Positions 22,595 to 33,865 are shown, counted from the stretch's first letter. The stretch is 64,000 nucleotides of DNA from Bdellovibrionales bacterium (GCA_965261545.1 CBDHDF010000002.1:256001-320000); one strand, 5' to 3'. Program-made: numbers and translations. Notes: a model not told the origin generated them from the sequence alone.

Positions 22595-23007
22595 CTGCTC
22601 ACCACCTGGAGGTTTTTTTATTGAATTTATTATGTAAATTTATTATAAATTTTCATATAAAAAAGTACCCTATGCTACCAAGGACACCAATAAGAAATGG
22701 TCCAGAGATAAGGTCTTGCAAAATGACTCTCCACGCACAAGAAGCAATGATGAGTCGCATCATTTCTTATCGGTTGCATGCAATCAATAGTGAATGCTAG
22801 GGCGTGTCGTTCTTTGAATTTGTAACCACATATCATCTGTTAAAATTCTTCTAGTCATTGAAACCTCCATTCTTCAAACTTTAAGAAATTCCTGAGGGAT
22901 CGGATCGATATTCAGAATTTTGGAAGGTATAGGATGACCGGATAGCTGATTTTCAGCCTAGAAACAAGTAAATAGAGATTTTGCTGTCTCCAGGGAAAGA
23001 GTTTTTC

Positions 23008-23551
23008 TCAGGATTTTGTGTTTTTGACTTTTTTACGCAGATTTTCCACGTTTTTGGAAGTGAGTCTAGTACATAGACAAATCGCTTCTACCTCAAACTC
23101 ATCCAAGTTTATACCCATCTGAAACAACTCCACAATGGTCTCATGGCGAAGCTTCCAGATACTACTCATTATAAGCAAAATCGGCCTAGAAAGCAAATTC
23201 CTGCCAACTCCACGGTAAAGGTTTATATCATGGATATTCAACAACTTACAACGAAAATTGAGGATATTCTTTCCAAATTTTTGTCTTAAAACGGGAGTGA
23301 GCCCATCCAGAGAATCTTGAAAATTCAGGGGGCCTCTCCAGTGTTTTTGTCGTCCGTGATAGACCAGTATGGGAATGACTGGGTAATTCCAACGATTGTA
23401 AACAAGAGTCTGGTACCTCAGAATCTGCTGGAGAACTTGAGAATCCTGATGACTTTTGTGTTCGAGCAGAAAAAAGAGACGTACCCGTTTTTTGGACCCC
23501 TTGACTTGAACTGAGAATAAAAGGTCAATGCGCCGCTCATTGCCCTCTTCA
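23008..23551 (-). pseudogene. Rpn type B copy, 5'-truncated, with an in-frame internal deletion removing the repeat region
   Basis: Near-identical to 29528-30538 but ...GINLDE joins directly to FEVEAICLC. Confidence 0.85.
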
Positions 23552-23769
23552 AATGATATTCGCCTCCACTCTGTCATCAAAGGTTATGGGGCGCCCCGCT
23601 CTTGGGGCGTCTTCGTGTTGTTATCTTGAAAAACTTCTTGGACGGAGTACTAGAAAGAACTTGGTGAGAGATTTCGGAAGGACGGGTGACCGTATGCAGC
23701 AAAAGATGGTAATTTTTTGCAAAATGGATAGGTATATTTTCTTGACATACTTTTTCATAGACGAATGGC

Positions 23770-23985
23770 ATTGTGCCGGGGGTGGTGGCGAGAACATCCA
23801 CTTATGCCCTCACCAATGCGACTTTCAAGTATTGCTCTATGCTGGCATCCATGGGAGTGGAAGCTGCTGTGAGTGAAGACCCCGCTCTTTACAAGGGACT
23901 CAATTGTTACGGTGGTTATGTGACTTATGAGGCTGTTGCCAATGATTTGGGTATGGAGTACAGGGATTTCAAGACTTTGATTTAG
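23770..23985 (+). pseudogene. ald: Alanine dehydrogenase C-terminal fragment
   Basis: PGVVARTSTYALTNAT...ALYKGLNCYGGYVTYEAVANDLG. Confidence 0.75.
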
Positions 23986-24008
23986 TTTCTTTAAATTGAT
24001 GGATCTTC

Positions 24009-24506
24009 TCAATCTAGAGCTCCATCTTTGATGGACCAACCTTTATTCACTAAGTTAAATCGTGCGGCCTCAGCTTTGGAATTATATTTTAATTGGCCCA
24101 CATCAATTTTTCTCCAGATGTCGGTTTTTGTAGGTGTGTTCTTACTGAGATTTATTAAGAGTTTTGAATAATTCTCAGTGGATAGACCTGATGAATCAAA
24201 GACCTTTTTGAAAGAAGTCACATTTTTAAAATTCCAACTACTTGTATCTGGATTTGCTTTGGGGGCAAGGCTAAACATAAATTCCATATGAGTGACCTTA
24301 GAAGTGTTCCAGCGACTTGTATCTGGATTCGCTTTGCTCAGTTCGAAGACACTTTCAAACATTTGTGCCATATTAGTGACATTGGAGGTATCCCAGCCAC
24401 TTGTGTCTGGCTTCGCTTCATGAGCATGAGCAAACATAGCTAACATATTAGTGACACTGGAAGTATCCCAACCACTTGTATCTGAATTTGCTTCGATATA
24501 ATTCAT
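24009..24506 (-). CDS. DUF285/BspA-like repeat surface protein, probably a 5'-truncated fragment
   Basis: Repeats of (N/K)PDTSxWDTSxVTNMxxMF; C-terminal ARFNLVNKGWSIKDG. Confidence 0.75.
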   Translation of the reverse strand: MNYIEANSDTSGWDTSSVTNMLAMFAHAHEAKPDTSGWDTSNVTNMAQMFESVFELSKANPDTSRWNTSKVTHMEFMFSLAPKANPDTSSWNFKNVTSFKKVFDSSGLSTENYSKLLINLSKNTPTKTDIWRKIDVGQLKYNSKAEAARFNLVNKGWSIKDGALD

Positions 24507-24537
24507 AATGCAGGCGTTGTTTAGAAGTTCAGAAAAA

Positions 24538-24632
24538 TATGAGGATATATGCCATTAATGAAATCCCTTATTATTGGGTGATAGACCCCATCGGTAGAAC
24601 TTTAGAAATTTTTGTTCTTCAAGATGAAGCCT
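24538..24632 (+). pseudogene. Uma2 endonuclease fragment
   Basis: MRIYAINEIPYYWVIDPIGRTLEIFVLQDE is identical to part of 42200-42799. Confidence 0.75.
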
Positions 24633-24829
24633 ATTTTTTTGGAAGACGTTTGACGCGCAAGAAAATTACGGAGAACGAACTTTTCCCCGATATTTGTTGT
24701 GTGCTTCGAGAGTGGGAATAACAACTTGATGAGCGGAAACTTATGGGCTATAAACTACTTAGGCTCACAGAAATGCATTAACAACATCCCTGGATTTGAT
24801 TTTGGTTTCACCAGGTTAGGAAGGCTACA

Positions 24830-26137
24830 TTGAAACTTTTAATCTTCTTTTTTTTGTGGACCTATAGTCTTTCGGCCCAAACTGTATCCACTGTTTATGG
24901 TTTAGGAATCCACCCTCTTGTAGAGATTTCTGATCAGGGTCAGACGCAGATCCAGATGCTTAATATTTTTGGTCCTGGAGGTCAGATTTTGGCTCAAGTA
25001 TCGAGCGGTAAGACACGCTATTTACTTGCAGACCATTGGCGCTCCACTCGGGTTATTTTCAAAGAAGACAATAGTCTATTAGGAAGCTTTGACTACACCC
25101 CTTACGGAGAGACGAATTCCACGGGAAATGTAGATTCAGTGCTGTATCGTTATACGGGCGAACCTGTGAATTTCGGACTTAGCGAACTCAGTAGCTACCA
25201 TTTCTACCAAAGAGAATACGATCCAAACATCCTCCGATTCACAAGTGTAGACTCAGTTAGGTACAATGAATCTCCTTATATCTACAGCAACAGCAATCCC
25301 ACTAATTTTATGGACCCCACGGGGGAACAGCCAACATACACCACCCTTTGGCTTTCTGGAAACCTTAAGGCGAGTCGAGTTTATGGCCAGGAGACGGCAT
25401 TCATAGATAGATATAATCATTCTTTAAGTTCCGGACATCCTGGTCATCCAAAAATCATGCATGAAGACCTTAGCTTAAATGGTGGTGAGGGTGTGAGAGG
25501 GAGCCATTTTTCTGATAGTCCTTTGGGAACAATTGTAGTCGCGGCCCATGCAAAGACCTCTCTCCTTAGAGATGCTCACCATGGGGTCAACATAGGTGAC
25601 AAAGAATCTGTCGATGCAGATAGCTTATTTGACCGTGTATTTAGTCGTGTCAAGGAAATAGACCCACTGGGAGTGGAACAGGTAGATAGTATTTCTTTGA
25701 TTTCATGTTTAGCAGGTTGTTCGTATTCGGAAAGATCCTCTTTTGCAGATCTCGTTTTCGCAGCAAATTTCAGTGGAGACAACAATTTTCCAAAGCTTGA
25801 TCGTGTAGTGAGTTCTCCCTACATGATGCAACCTCAACTTAAAAGTTCAGATGCAGATGTCATGCCTTTCAGATTCGTATCGCACATGAAGAAAAGTCAA
25901 CAAATGAATCTTTATTTTGAAGATAGAGTAGATGTCAAACTAGATTCTGCTCGATTTTTACGAGGGCATGGAGCCAGTGCCATCAATCATATAGATGAAT
26001 ACAAATATAGATATTATTATAGAACACCTAGCAGAGGAACAGTACGTCGTTTAGATAGAGATCCTCTCAATGAGCCAGACAGCTCTGGCAAGCTTTCTTT
26101 TCCTTCGTCCGTGCTGGGTGAGACTTTAGATTTATAG
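24830..26137 (+). CDS. Secreted mini-Rhs protein 3
   Basis: Leader MKLLIFFFLWTYSLSA; Rhs core ending NPTNFMDPTG; VVAAHA...SLISC; RBS aggaagg. Confidence 0.82.
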   Translation: MKLLIFFFLWTYSLSAQTVSTVYGLGIHPLVEISDQGQTQIQMLNIFGPGGQILAQVSSGKTRYLLADHWRSTRVIFKEDNSLLGSFDYTPYGETNSTGNVDSVLYRYTGEPVNFGLSELSSYHFYQREYDPNILRFTSVDSVRYNESPYIYSNSNPTNFMDPTGEQPTYTTLWLSGNLKASRVYGQETAFIDRYNHSLSSGHPGHPKIMHEDLSLNGGEGVRGSHFSDSPLGTIVVAAHAKTSLLRDAHHGVNIGDKESVDADSLFDRVFSRVKEIDPLGVEQVDSISLISCLAGCSYSERSSFADLVFAANFSGDNNFPKLDRVVSSPYMMQPQLKSSDADVMPFRFVSHMKKSQQMNLYFEDRVDVKLDSARFLRGHGASAINHIDEYKYRYYYRTPSRGTVRRLDRDPLNEPDSSGKLSFPSSVLGETLDL

Positions 26138-26138
26138 C

Positions 26139-26248
26139 ACACCTAAGAGGAACAACATTACGTCGTTTAGATACATATCCTCTCAATGAGCCTGAGCCAG
26201 ACAGCTCTGGCGAGCTTTCTTTTTCTTCGTCCGTGCTGGGTGAGACTT
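26139..26248 (+). repeat. Diverged tandem duplicate of the 3' end of mini-Rhs 3
   Basis: agaggaaca...cgtccgtgctgggtgagactt repeats ~26025-26126. Confidence 0.8.
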
Positions 26249-26323
26249 CACCCGAGTTTGACAGCAGCATATGTGTCAAAAGTGCTCACTCAAACCTATC
26301 GACCTTAACTTGAAAGACTGACA

Positions 26324-28748
26324 TTGCCGCCAAAGAAAACCTCAGAAAAAAGAAAACAACAGTCTCAGTCCCATAATGCTCTATTCAATGAAACTTTCCT
26401 GAATGAGAGATATTGCCTAGACATTTTCCATCTTGTCTTGACGACACAGGAGTTTAAGCTCTTTAACTGGAAAACTCTCAAACCAGAAATAACTGTCTTT
26501 ACAGATGAAGAGGGCAATGAGCGGCGTATTGACCTTTTATTCTCAGTTGAAGTCAAGGGGTCCAAAAAGCGGGTGCGTCTTTTTTTTCTGCTCGAACACA
26601 AAAGTCATCAGGATTCTCAAGTGCTCCAGAAGATTCTGAGATACCAGACTCTTGTTTACAATCGTTGGAATTACCCAGTCATTCCCATCCTGGTCCAATG
26701 CCGTTTCCTTAAGCCACCACACCCCTCTGCCTCTGCGTTAAGCTATTTCTTTTAAAAGAACTCCCAGCCCTTTTGATAGACCTTTCATAGCTTCTTTTGA
26801 AGTGCCTCCTCTTCTCCATTGAAATCTTCATCAGCAACTTTATCTGCTTCCTAAATTTCTGATAGAGCCCCGCAACAAAAAGAGGGATGCTATCCATTAT
26901 GAAATCAAGAATCAGTTTAAAGTTAGGTTTTTTGTAGTCATTTTTCACCAACTGATTCACACTGTCTTCATCCTCATTTATGCTCATTTGAATCTTTGTA
27001 TAATTGAAGAGCCAAAAATAAGAATACAGCTCTTGCAATATTCCATTAAGGCTTGTTGAGTGCCACTGCTCCATTTTCATTGTCGATGTAAAATCACGAA
27101 ATGTCGTTTCTATTTCCCAACGACGAGAGTAAAGAGCAACCATATCCTTCTTGTCCAAGGAGCCATGCGGAAGATTAGTGGCCAAAACAGAGAACTCCCC
27201 AGTCTTTGGGTTTTTATACTTATAGAGATGAATGACCACCCCCTCAATAACCATTCGTGAATACCAACCTGGGCCATTAAATAAATTTACAATGGGGATA
27301 AAAGTAGAGCCTCGCTTACAACGCGCAATAAAGAAGTTACTGGCTTGAGCATGGGCCTAATAATCTCTGTAGATAAATAAAGCCTATCGTAGAGAGTTAT
27401 GCTATTACTCTCAAAACTACCTATCATTTGAATAGCATTGGCGATTTCGTTGAGGGCGGGAGAATAGCAAAGATTCTTTGTCACACCCGATAAAACGTCA
27501 TAAGCATGAGATAGATACATACGTAAGAAATGAGTTTCCATCTCATTTGGGCAAGGGTACCCACAATAACCCTCCTTTAAAAGATCTTTAGAGCGAGGAA
27601 GTGCTAATTGGTCGCCATCTATGGCATAGATATAAAAACCATGAAACGTTTTTCTCAATGGTTCGTAGTCTGTAATCAGAGATTCAAAGATATTTTTAAA
27701 AAATAGGTAAGAAATACTTTGACGTATCTTGCTGAGACTGCTTTTGACTGGCATGAGAAGCAGGTCACCAAAATGAGTCCATACCGTCTTAAGAGCGATT
27801 TGGTAGCCTTCGTAATTTGTTCCGGAAATAAGATAGATAATGGTAAAAAAGAAAATTTGAGGATTAAATTTTCGATTCCTTTTTTGTTTTTCTGGATCGA
27901 CAAGGTGCTCTGGCTTGAAGGAAGAATCAAGTTTTGGTAGAATAAAATGGTCATCTGTGACGCGAACTCGTCATTTGGGGGCTTTCGAGATCAATATTGG
28001 ATTGCATGTGACTTACTCCTTGGTTGAGGGTTGGGTGTAAAATAAAACAAGTCTTATTCTTGTCGATTTATCTAATAATTTCAAGAGATTTTTCTTAAGG
28101 AAACGGCATTGCATCCTGGTCTATCATGGACGACAAAAGCACTGGAGGGGTCCCCTGAATTTTCAAGATTCTCTGGATGGGCTCACTCCCGTTTTAAGAC
28201 AAAAATTTGGGAAGAATATCCTCAATTTTCGTTGTAAGTTGTTGAATATCCATGATATAAACCTTTACCGTGGAGTTGGCAGGAATTTGCTTTCTAGACC
28301 GATTTTGCTTATAATGAGTAGTATCTGGAAACTTCGCCATGAGACCATTGTGGAGCTGTTTCAGATGGGTACAAACTTAGGTGAGAAGGATCAACAGTTC
28401 CTTATTCAAAAAGCAGTGGATTATATCCACCGAAACGATTCAGATTTTACTTTAAATGTACTCAGTAAGATTGAAAAAGAAAGTATCGAGGAGGATCAAA
28501 GAGTTATGTCAGCATTGCAATGTTCTTTGGATGAAGCTGAGGAAAAGGGAATGAGAAAGGGCCTCAAAGAGGTCCGCGAAGAGGTCCGCGAAGAGGGTCG
28601 TAAAGAGGGCCTCAAAGAGGTCCGTAAAGAGATAGCATTACGAATGATTCAACATGGCTTTGAGGTAGAAGCGATTTGTCTATGTACTAGACTCACTTCC
28701 AAAGACGTGGAAAAGCTGCGTACAAAAGTCAAAAACACAAAATCCTGA
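26324..28748 (+). pseudogene. Rpn type B copy interrupted by IS4
   Basis: N-terminal part 26324-26695 and C-terminal part 28112-28748; tail repeats EVRE/EGRK rather than GIEK. Confidence 0.9.
26696..28111 (-). mobile_element. IS4-family element with broken transposase
   Basis: 18-bp IR caatgccgtttccttaag; 10-bp TSD catcctggtc; AIDGD, LYDRLY, YSRRWEIETTFR (YREK-like). Confidence 0.92.
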
Positions 28749-28850
28749 GAAAAACTCTTTCCCGACACAACGACGAACCCAAAGAGGCAAGCTGCTCATG
28801 GGTAACATTCATGGGGGTAGCAGAGTTCAAGAGGTAAATGACTCCTTATC

Positions 28851-29450
28851 ATGAGTAAAGCAGAGAAAATAAAGACATATTCAAGTTTGTGGGAAGAATT
28901 GTGTGATTTACCAGCAAATGTTGTGGGTGAGATTTTTAACGATGAACTTGTGGTCTCTCCAAGGCCTGGTCCTAAGCATGCAGTAACTTCCTCTTCTCTT
29001 GTGGATGAACTCTTGAGTCCTTTTCAAAAGGGAAGAAATGGAGGTCCAGGAGGTTGGTGGATTATTGGTGAACCAGAGCTTCATTTCGAAAAACCTGTTC
29101 AAAAAAGAGAGAAGACCAATGTGATTGTACCTGACTTAGCAGGTTGGAAAAAAGATCGTCTCCCAAAGCTTCCAGAAACGGCTTATTTTGAGTTGCCTCC
29201 AGACTGGGTTTGTGAGGTTTTGTCTCCATCAACAGCTCGTTATGACAGGATTTCAAAGATGAGAATATATGCCGTTAATGAAATCCCTTATTATTGGGTG
29301 ATAGACCCCATTGGTCGCACTTTGGAGATTTTTGTTCTTCAAGATCAAATCTACCGAATGGAGATAGGTTTTACTGGAAGCGATGAGGTTTTAGCTCCGC
29401 CCTTTGAAGCGATCGGGTTAGATTTAGGGGCACTATGGGATTACGAATAA
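28851..29450 (+). CDS. Uma2-family endonuclease
   Basis: EIFNDELVVSPRPGPKH, GWWIIGEPEL, VPDLAGW, PDWVCEVLSPST, YWVIDP. Confidence 0.9.
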   Translation: MSKAEKIKTYSSLWEELCDLPANVVGEIFNDELVVSPRPGPKHAVTSSSLVDELLSPFQKGRNGGPGGWWIIGEPELHFEKPVQKREKTNVIVPDLAGWKKDRLPKLPETAYFELPPDWVCEVLSPSTARYDRISKMRIYAVNEIPYYWVIDPIGRTLEIFVLQDQIYRMEIGFTGSDEVLAPPFEAIGLDLGALWDYE

Positions 29451-29527
29451 GCCGTCATTTGCCTAGAATGTTACCCATCAGCAGCTTGCCTCTTTGGGTT
29501 CGTCGCTGTGTCGGGAAAAAGTTTTTC

Positions 29528-30538
29528 TCAGGATTTTGTGTTTTTAACTTTTATACGCAGCTTTTCCACGTCTTTGGAAGTGAGCCTAGTACATAGACAA
29601 ATCGCTTCTATCTCAAAGCCATGTTGAATCATTCGTAATGCCATCTCTTCGCGACCCTTCTCGATACCCTTCTCGATACCCTTCTCAAGACCCTTTTCGA
29701 TACCCTTCTCGATACCCTTCTTAAGGCCCTTTCTCATTCCCTTTTCCTCAGCTTCATCCAAAGAACATTGCAATGCTGACATAACTCTTTGATCCTCCTC
29801 GATACTTTCTTTTTCAATCTTACTGAGTACGTTTAGAGTGAAATCTGAATCGTTTCGGTGGATATAATCCACCGCTTTTTGAATAAGGAACTTCTGATCC
29901 TTCTCACCTAAGTTTGTACCCATCTGAAACAACTCCACAATGGTCTCATGGCGGAGTTTCCAGATACTACTCATTATAAGCAAAATCGGCCTAGAAAGCA
30001 AATTCCTGCCAACTCCACGGTAAAGGTTTATATCATGGATATTCAACAACTTACAACGAAAATTGAGGATATTCTTCCCAAATTTTTGTCTTAAAACGGG
30101 AGTAAGTCCATCCAGAGAATCTTGAAAATTCAGGGGGCCTCTCCAGTGCTTTTGTCGTCCATGATAGACCAGTATGGGAATCACCGGATAATTCCAGCGA
30201 TTGTAAACAAGGGTCTGGTATCTCAGAATCTGCTGGAGAACTTGGGAATCCTGATGACTTTTGTGTTCGAGCAGAAAAAAAAGACGCACCCTTTTTTTGG
30301 ACCCCTTGACTTGAACTGAGAATAAAAGGTCAATACGCCGTTCATTGCCCTCTTCATCTGTAAAGACAGTTATTTCTGGTTTGAGAGTTTTCCAGTTAAA
30401 GAGCTTAAACTCCTGTGTCGTCAAGACAAGACGGAAAATGTCTAGGCAATATCTCTCATTCAGGAAAGTTTCATTGAATAGAGCATTATGGGCCTGAGAC
30501 TGTTGTTTTCTTTTTTCTGAGGTTTTCTTTGGCGGCAA
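29528..30538 (-). CDS. Rpn/YhgA-like nuclease (type B), 5 G(I/L)EK repeats
   Basis: HNALF...RRIDLLFSV...LLEHKS...VIPILVYHG; 12-bp repeats. Confidence 0.9.
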   Translation of the reverse strand: MPPKKTSEKRKQQSQAHNALFNETFLNERYCLDIFRLVLTTQEFKLFNWKTLKPEITVFTDEEGNERRIDLLFSVQVKGSKKRVRLFFLLEHKSHQDSQVLQQILRYQTLVYNRWNYPVIPILVYHGRQKHWRGPLNFQDSLDGLTPVLRQKFGKNILNFRCKLLNIHDINLYRGVGRNLLSRPILLIMSSIWKLRHETIVELFQMGTNLGEKDQKFLIQKAVDYIHRNDSDFTLNVLSKIEKESIEEDQRVMSALQCSLDEAEEKGMRKGLKKGIEKGIEKGLEKGIEKGIEKGREEMALRMIQHGFEIEAICLCTRLTSKDVEKLRIKVKNTKS

Positions 30539-31110
30539 TGTCAGTCTTTCAAGTTAAGAGGGTTTAAGATGGGGTGGTTTAAGAAGATTATGGACAAGTG
30601 TATGAGTAAATGAGCGGAGTTATCTGTCCATAAATCATCAAGACAAGATAAAAGGGGGTGGGTTCTCCGGTCAAGTCAAAAAGTAGATTTAGGGGGTTTG
30701 GAAAACTCCATTCATAGAGAATCAACTGCCAGAGTTGATTCTCTATGAATGCCTCTATCACACAATCCATCACCTAAATGCACCTTTATTTTACCACTTG
30801 AGCGAAAGATCAAGCCTAGCACCTTGCCTTTCCGCCCCGCTTAACTCATTTATATCATTTTGAGATGGCCCAGATCCCAAATGATAGTTGCTGGTGGGGC
30901 GGCTCTACTGGCTCTGGGGGGCGGTCCCTGGCGCTGATGGGGCGGCTTCTGGCGCAGGTGGTGTTGGTGGTGATGCTATTTGAACTTGAATCATTTCCTC
31001 ATTCAAATAATTAAAGTCATGGGGAAAACGAGTTTTGTGTGAAGGACTAAAAGAGAACTTGGCCCCTGCGAGATTAGCTTCTGTGAGACCAGTAGTTTGC
31101 CCGCCCACAA

Positions 31111-31260
31111 ATGGCCTGGTTTAACCCGCCCATCGGGGCATCTAAGGATGGCATTGCTCCCCCGAAGAATCGTGAGAATCGGATGGTTCCCATCAATGAT
31201 GACTTGAGTGCTTTCCTCAAAGGCTTAAGAGCTAAACAAGAAAGCTATTCTCAAAGCCTA
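31111..31260 (+). pseudogene. Possible tyrosine-integrase fragment
   Basis: IAPPKNRENRMVPINDDL resembles the K...R.VP beta-strand of phage integrases. Confidence 0.35.
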
Positions 31261-31304
31261 AGGAGTGGCTCAAAAAGTAGAAGTTCAGTGGTGACGACAC
31301 TTTC

Positions 31305-32912
31305 TTACTGACCACGAAATCTTATTAGCGCCCTGTTAGCATTTGACAACGGCGACCCATTGATACAGATCGCACCAGATGCGGCGCAATCCGTCGTGGC
31401 AGGTAAAATCACCTGCATTTCACCGCGGCTCGACGGCATCACTGTGATCACCCAATGTTGATTCGAAGAACGCTTCAGACGCTGTGCATAGGCCACCCTG
31501 CCGCCCACCACCGTAAACGACACATCACGCAGTGTCCTGTAACTCAAATCCGTCACATTCTCGCTAAAATTCAAATTAAAACGCACCGCAGCCGTCCCAT
31601 TGTGATCCGCTGGAACCTTGCTGAAGGATGCCTTCAAGACAGAAGAACTCGATGTTGATGCTTGAACTCCAGGAACAACATGCCTCAAAATACTTGTTAA
31701 CATCCGACCATCAGTACTGCAGATGCCCCCTCTTGCGGTGCAATCTGTGGTCGCAGACAACTCGATCTCTACACTACGATTCGAATATGGCCGAACCTGG
31801 ATACTCCAACGCTCGTTACTTCCACCCACCACACGCCGTGCTCCTTCCACACGGCCGTGCTTCACCAAAAAGGCGCTTGAGGCCAAGGTTTTATAGCTGA
31901 GACCAGACACATCCTCACTGAAGGTGAGCGTGAAGGAGAAAGATTGCCAATTGTGAAACGATGGGAAGTCAGACATTGTTGCCGTCAATGCAGGCGGTGT
32001 TATTAATTCTTCCTTTTGCGCATTGGATTCTTCCTCTTGCGCATTGGATTCTTCCTCTTGCGCATTGGATTCTTCCTCTTCCACATTGGATTCTTCCTCT
32101 TCCACATTGGGAGGAGCACTTGTTGGCGGCACAGTGGAAGGAGTGTTTGCCTGCTGTGTCGTGGGAGTCGTGATAGAGGCTGCAGCAAGCTTTGCCGCGC
32201 GTCGAGCAGCTAAAATCGACTTAACATTAGGATTCCAATCAGGATGGTGAATGAACTTTCCCCGAGAATATGGGAAAACTAGTGGTTGTGGCTCACTTCC
32301 ATCAGACTCAACTGCAGACCAATCCGAAGTTGTTGCCTTCTGTGTGCGAAGCTCAGCGTTGAGGAGAGCCCTCACCTTCGAGATAAATTGTCCGCATATA
32401 ATAGTATAGGTATTTATCCAATGCGAACGAGTGCCATCTGTTCTTATGACATGTAGGTTCCAGCTTCTATAGAGCGAAGCATGATTTGGACGAATGGCGC
32501 TAACTGTATTTTGATCACGTATGATAGGTTCTGCTGCATTCGAAGAGGTTGCATATGCCACATCATCTGATGATGATTTTTTGTAGTCAAAGCGATTCAG
32601 CTGATATCCGGCGAAGTCATCTCCGGTGTACTTTGGCCAAATCAACTTTATTGACTTGTATTTCCAATGTAGGGGCGGAGCATTTTCGTTCCTTGAGCGA
32701 TCGACAATAAGTTCTCCTTGGTCATTGATCACACTGTTCAGAGCTACCTTAAAATAATCTTTAATTCCATCTGGGTCTTCAATGCATTTCGCAGCATATG
32801 CATTCATGGTCACCAAGGGTGATGCCATGGTCGTGATTAAGAGCACTACACAGAAATACTTCTCCCGACTCGTATTTACAAGATTTTCAAACTTAGATCT
32901 TTCAAATTTCAT
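31305..32912 (-). CDS. Putative secreted protein with an EEEESNA linker and two tandem C-terminal Ig-like domains
   Basis: Hydrophobic leader; 21-bp repeats at ~32008-32110; two ~100-aa repeats FxLxFSExV.xLSYxTL...ATTDCxAxGxIC. Confidence 0.7.
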   Translation of the reverse strand: MKFERSKFENLVNTSREKYFCVVLLITTMASPLVTMNAYAAKCIEDPDGIKDYFKVALNSVINDQGELIVDRSRNENAPPLHWKYKSIKLIWPKYTGDDFAGYQLNRFDYKKSSSDDVAYATSSNAAEPIIRDQNTVSAIRPNHASLYRSWNLHVIRTDGTRSHWINTYTIICGQFISKVRALLNAELRTQKATTSDWSAVESDGSEPQPLVFPYSRGKFIHHPDWNPNVKSILAARRAAKLAAASITTPTTQQANTPSTVPPTSAPPNVEEEESNVEEEESNAQEEESNAQEEESNAQKEELITPPALTATMSDFPSFHNWQSFSFTLTFSEDVSGLSYKTLASSAFLVKHGRVEGARRVVGGSNERWSIQVRPYSNRSVEIELSATTDCTARGGICSTDGRMLTSILRHVVPGVQASTSSSSVLKASFSKVPADHNGTAAVRFNLNFSENVTDLSYRTLRDVSFTVVGGRVAYAQRLKRSSNQHWVITVMPSSRGEMQVILPATTDCAASGAICINGSPLSNANRALIRFRGQ

Positions 32913-32988
32913 TACTTGTCTCCTCCATCGATTCTACAATTTTATTTTATTCGGTACACTAAACGCCTACTACAAAAACTAATCTCTG

Positions 32989-33135
32989 GTAACTGCTCAC
33001 CCCTTTGGTGATTTAATTCGTTATCTGCGGCGATGGTTTCTTTCAAAGTACACAAAGTATACCTCCAGTTGCTGCCGCCCTGGTGCCTTCTGTCTCATCC
33101 AAGCGGTTAGCATCTAAAAGGATGTGAGTAGTTAT
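32989..33135. mobile_element. Possible IS66-derived MITE
   Basis: gtaactgctcaccc...gtgagtagttat resembles the IR of the IS at 3791-5330; no TSD seen. Confidence 0.45.
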
Positions 33136-33484
33136 GAATGTTTTTCCTCTAAAATACTGGATTTATTAATAAATCCTATTTTAATACACAACTCATGGGC
33201 GTGGGTGGGGAAGCAAGGCGCCCTCATGAATGTTGTAACCTCTGAAGATCTCTGAAGAAAAAAACTCAGCTGAATTATTATTGTTGATTTAATTATATTT
33301 TTTAATATTTACGTTATTAATCTATTATTATGTAAACATTATATTAAAACATAACCTTCATTGTTAGATTAGCAAAATATTATCATTAAATAAAGTGTTA
33401 ATTTAATATATTTCATAGTGCCCTACTTAATTGATGCTGCTCAAAATGAGAAAGTGACGAAAAATGGCACTTGGCGTTTCAAAT

Positions 33485-33865
33485 TTAAGTTATTTTTTGG
33501 GGAGATAGACCTTTTAAAACCCAACCAAATAAAGCCATTGAAGCAGGGATAGTGCCAATTATAGAAACAAGTACCCAGGAATGAACTTCATGTTTAAAAT
33601 AAATAATACATTCAATCAATATAAAGTATATTATATTAAAACAGATCAGAAACTTGAATGTTTTGTCAGCGTAATTTTCCCTAAGTTCCCTTTCTAATTT
33701 AATATCCTTAATCTTCTCCTGTCTCTTTTCATTTTTAAGAATACCCTTTTTAGTGTATTCATCAGGTTCAATGTTAGCTGATCTCTTATCAGTGATTTTA
33801 ATCTCATCTATTTTAGCGTTTGTTTTCGCATCAGAGATTCCTAAAGGTTTATTTTCATTGACCAT
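33485..33865 (-). CDS. Putative membrane toxin with two C-terminal TM helices, partner of the Panacea antitoxin
   Basis: Start overlaps the upstream stop (TAATG coupling); two hydrophobic C-terminal segments. Confidence 0.55.
   Translation of the reverse strand: MVNENKPLGISDAKTNAKIDEIKITDKRSANIEPDEYTKKGILKNEKRQEKIKDIKLERELRENYADKTFKFLICFNIIYFILIECIIYFKHEVHSWVLVSIIGTIPASMALFGWVLKGLSPQKIT

Noticed and set aside
30905..31108. Pentapeptide-repeat protein
   Set aside because: Only one short LTEANLAGAKF stretch; at most a C-terminal fragment, too little to call
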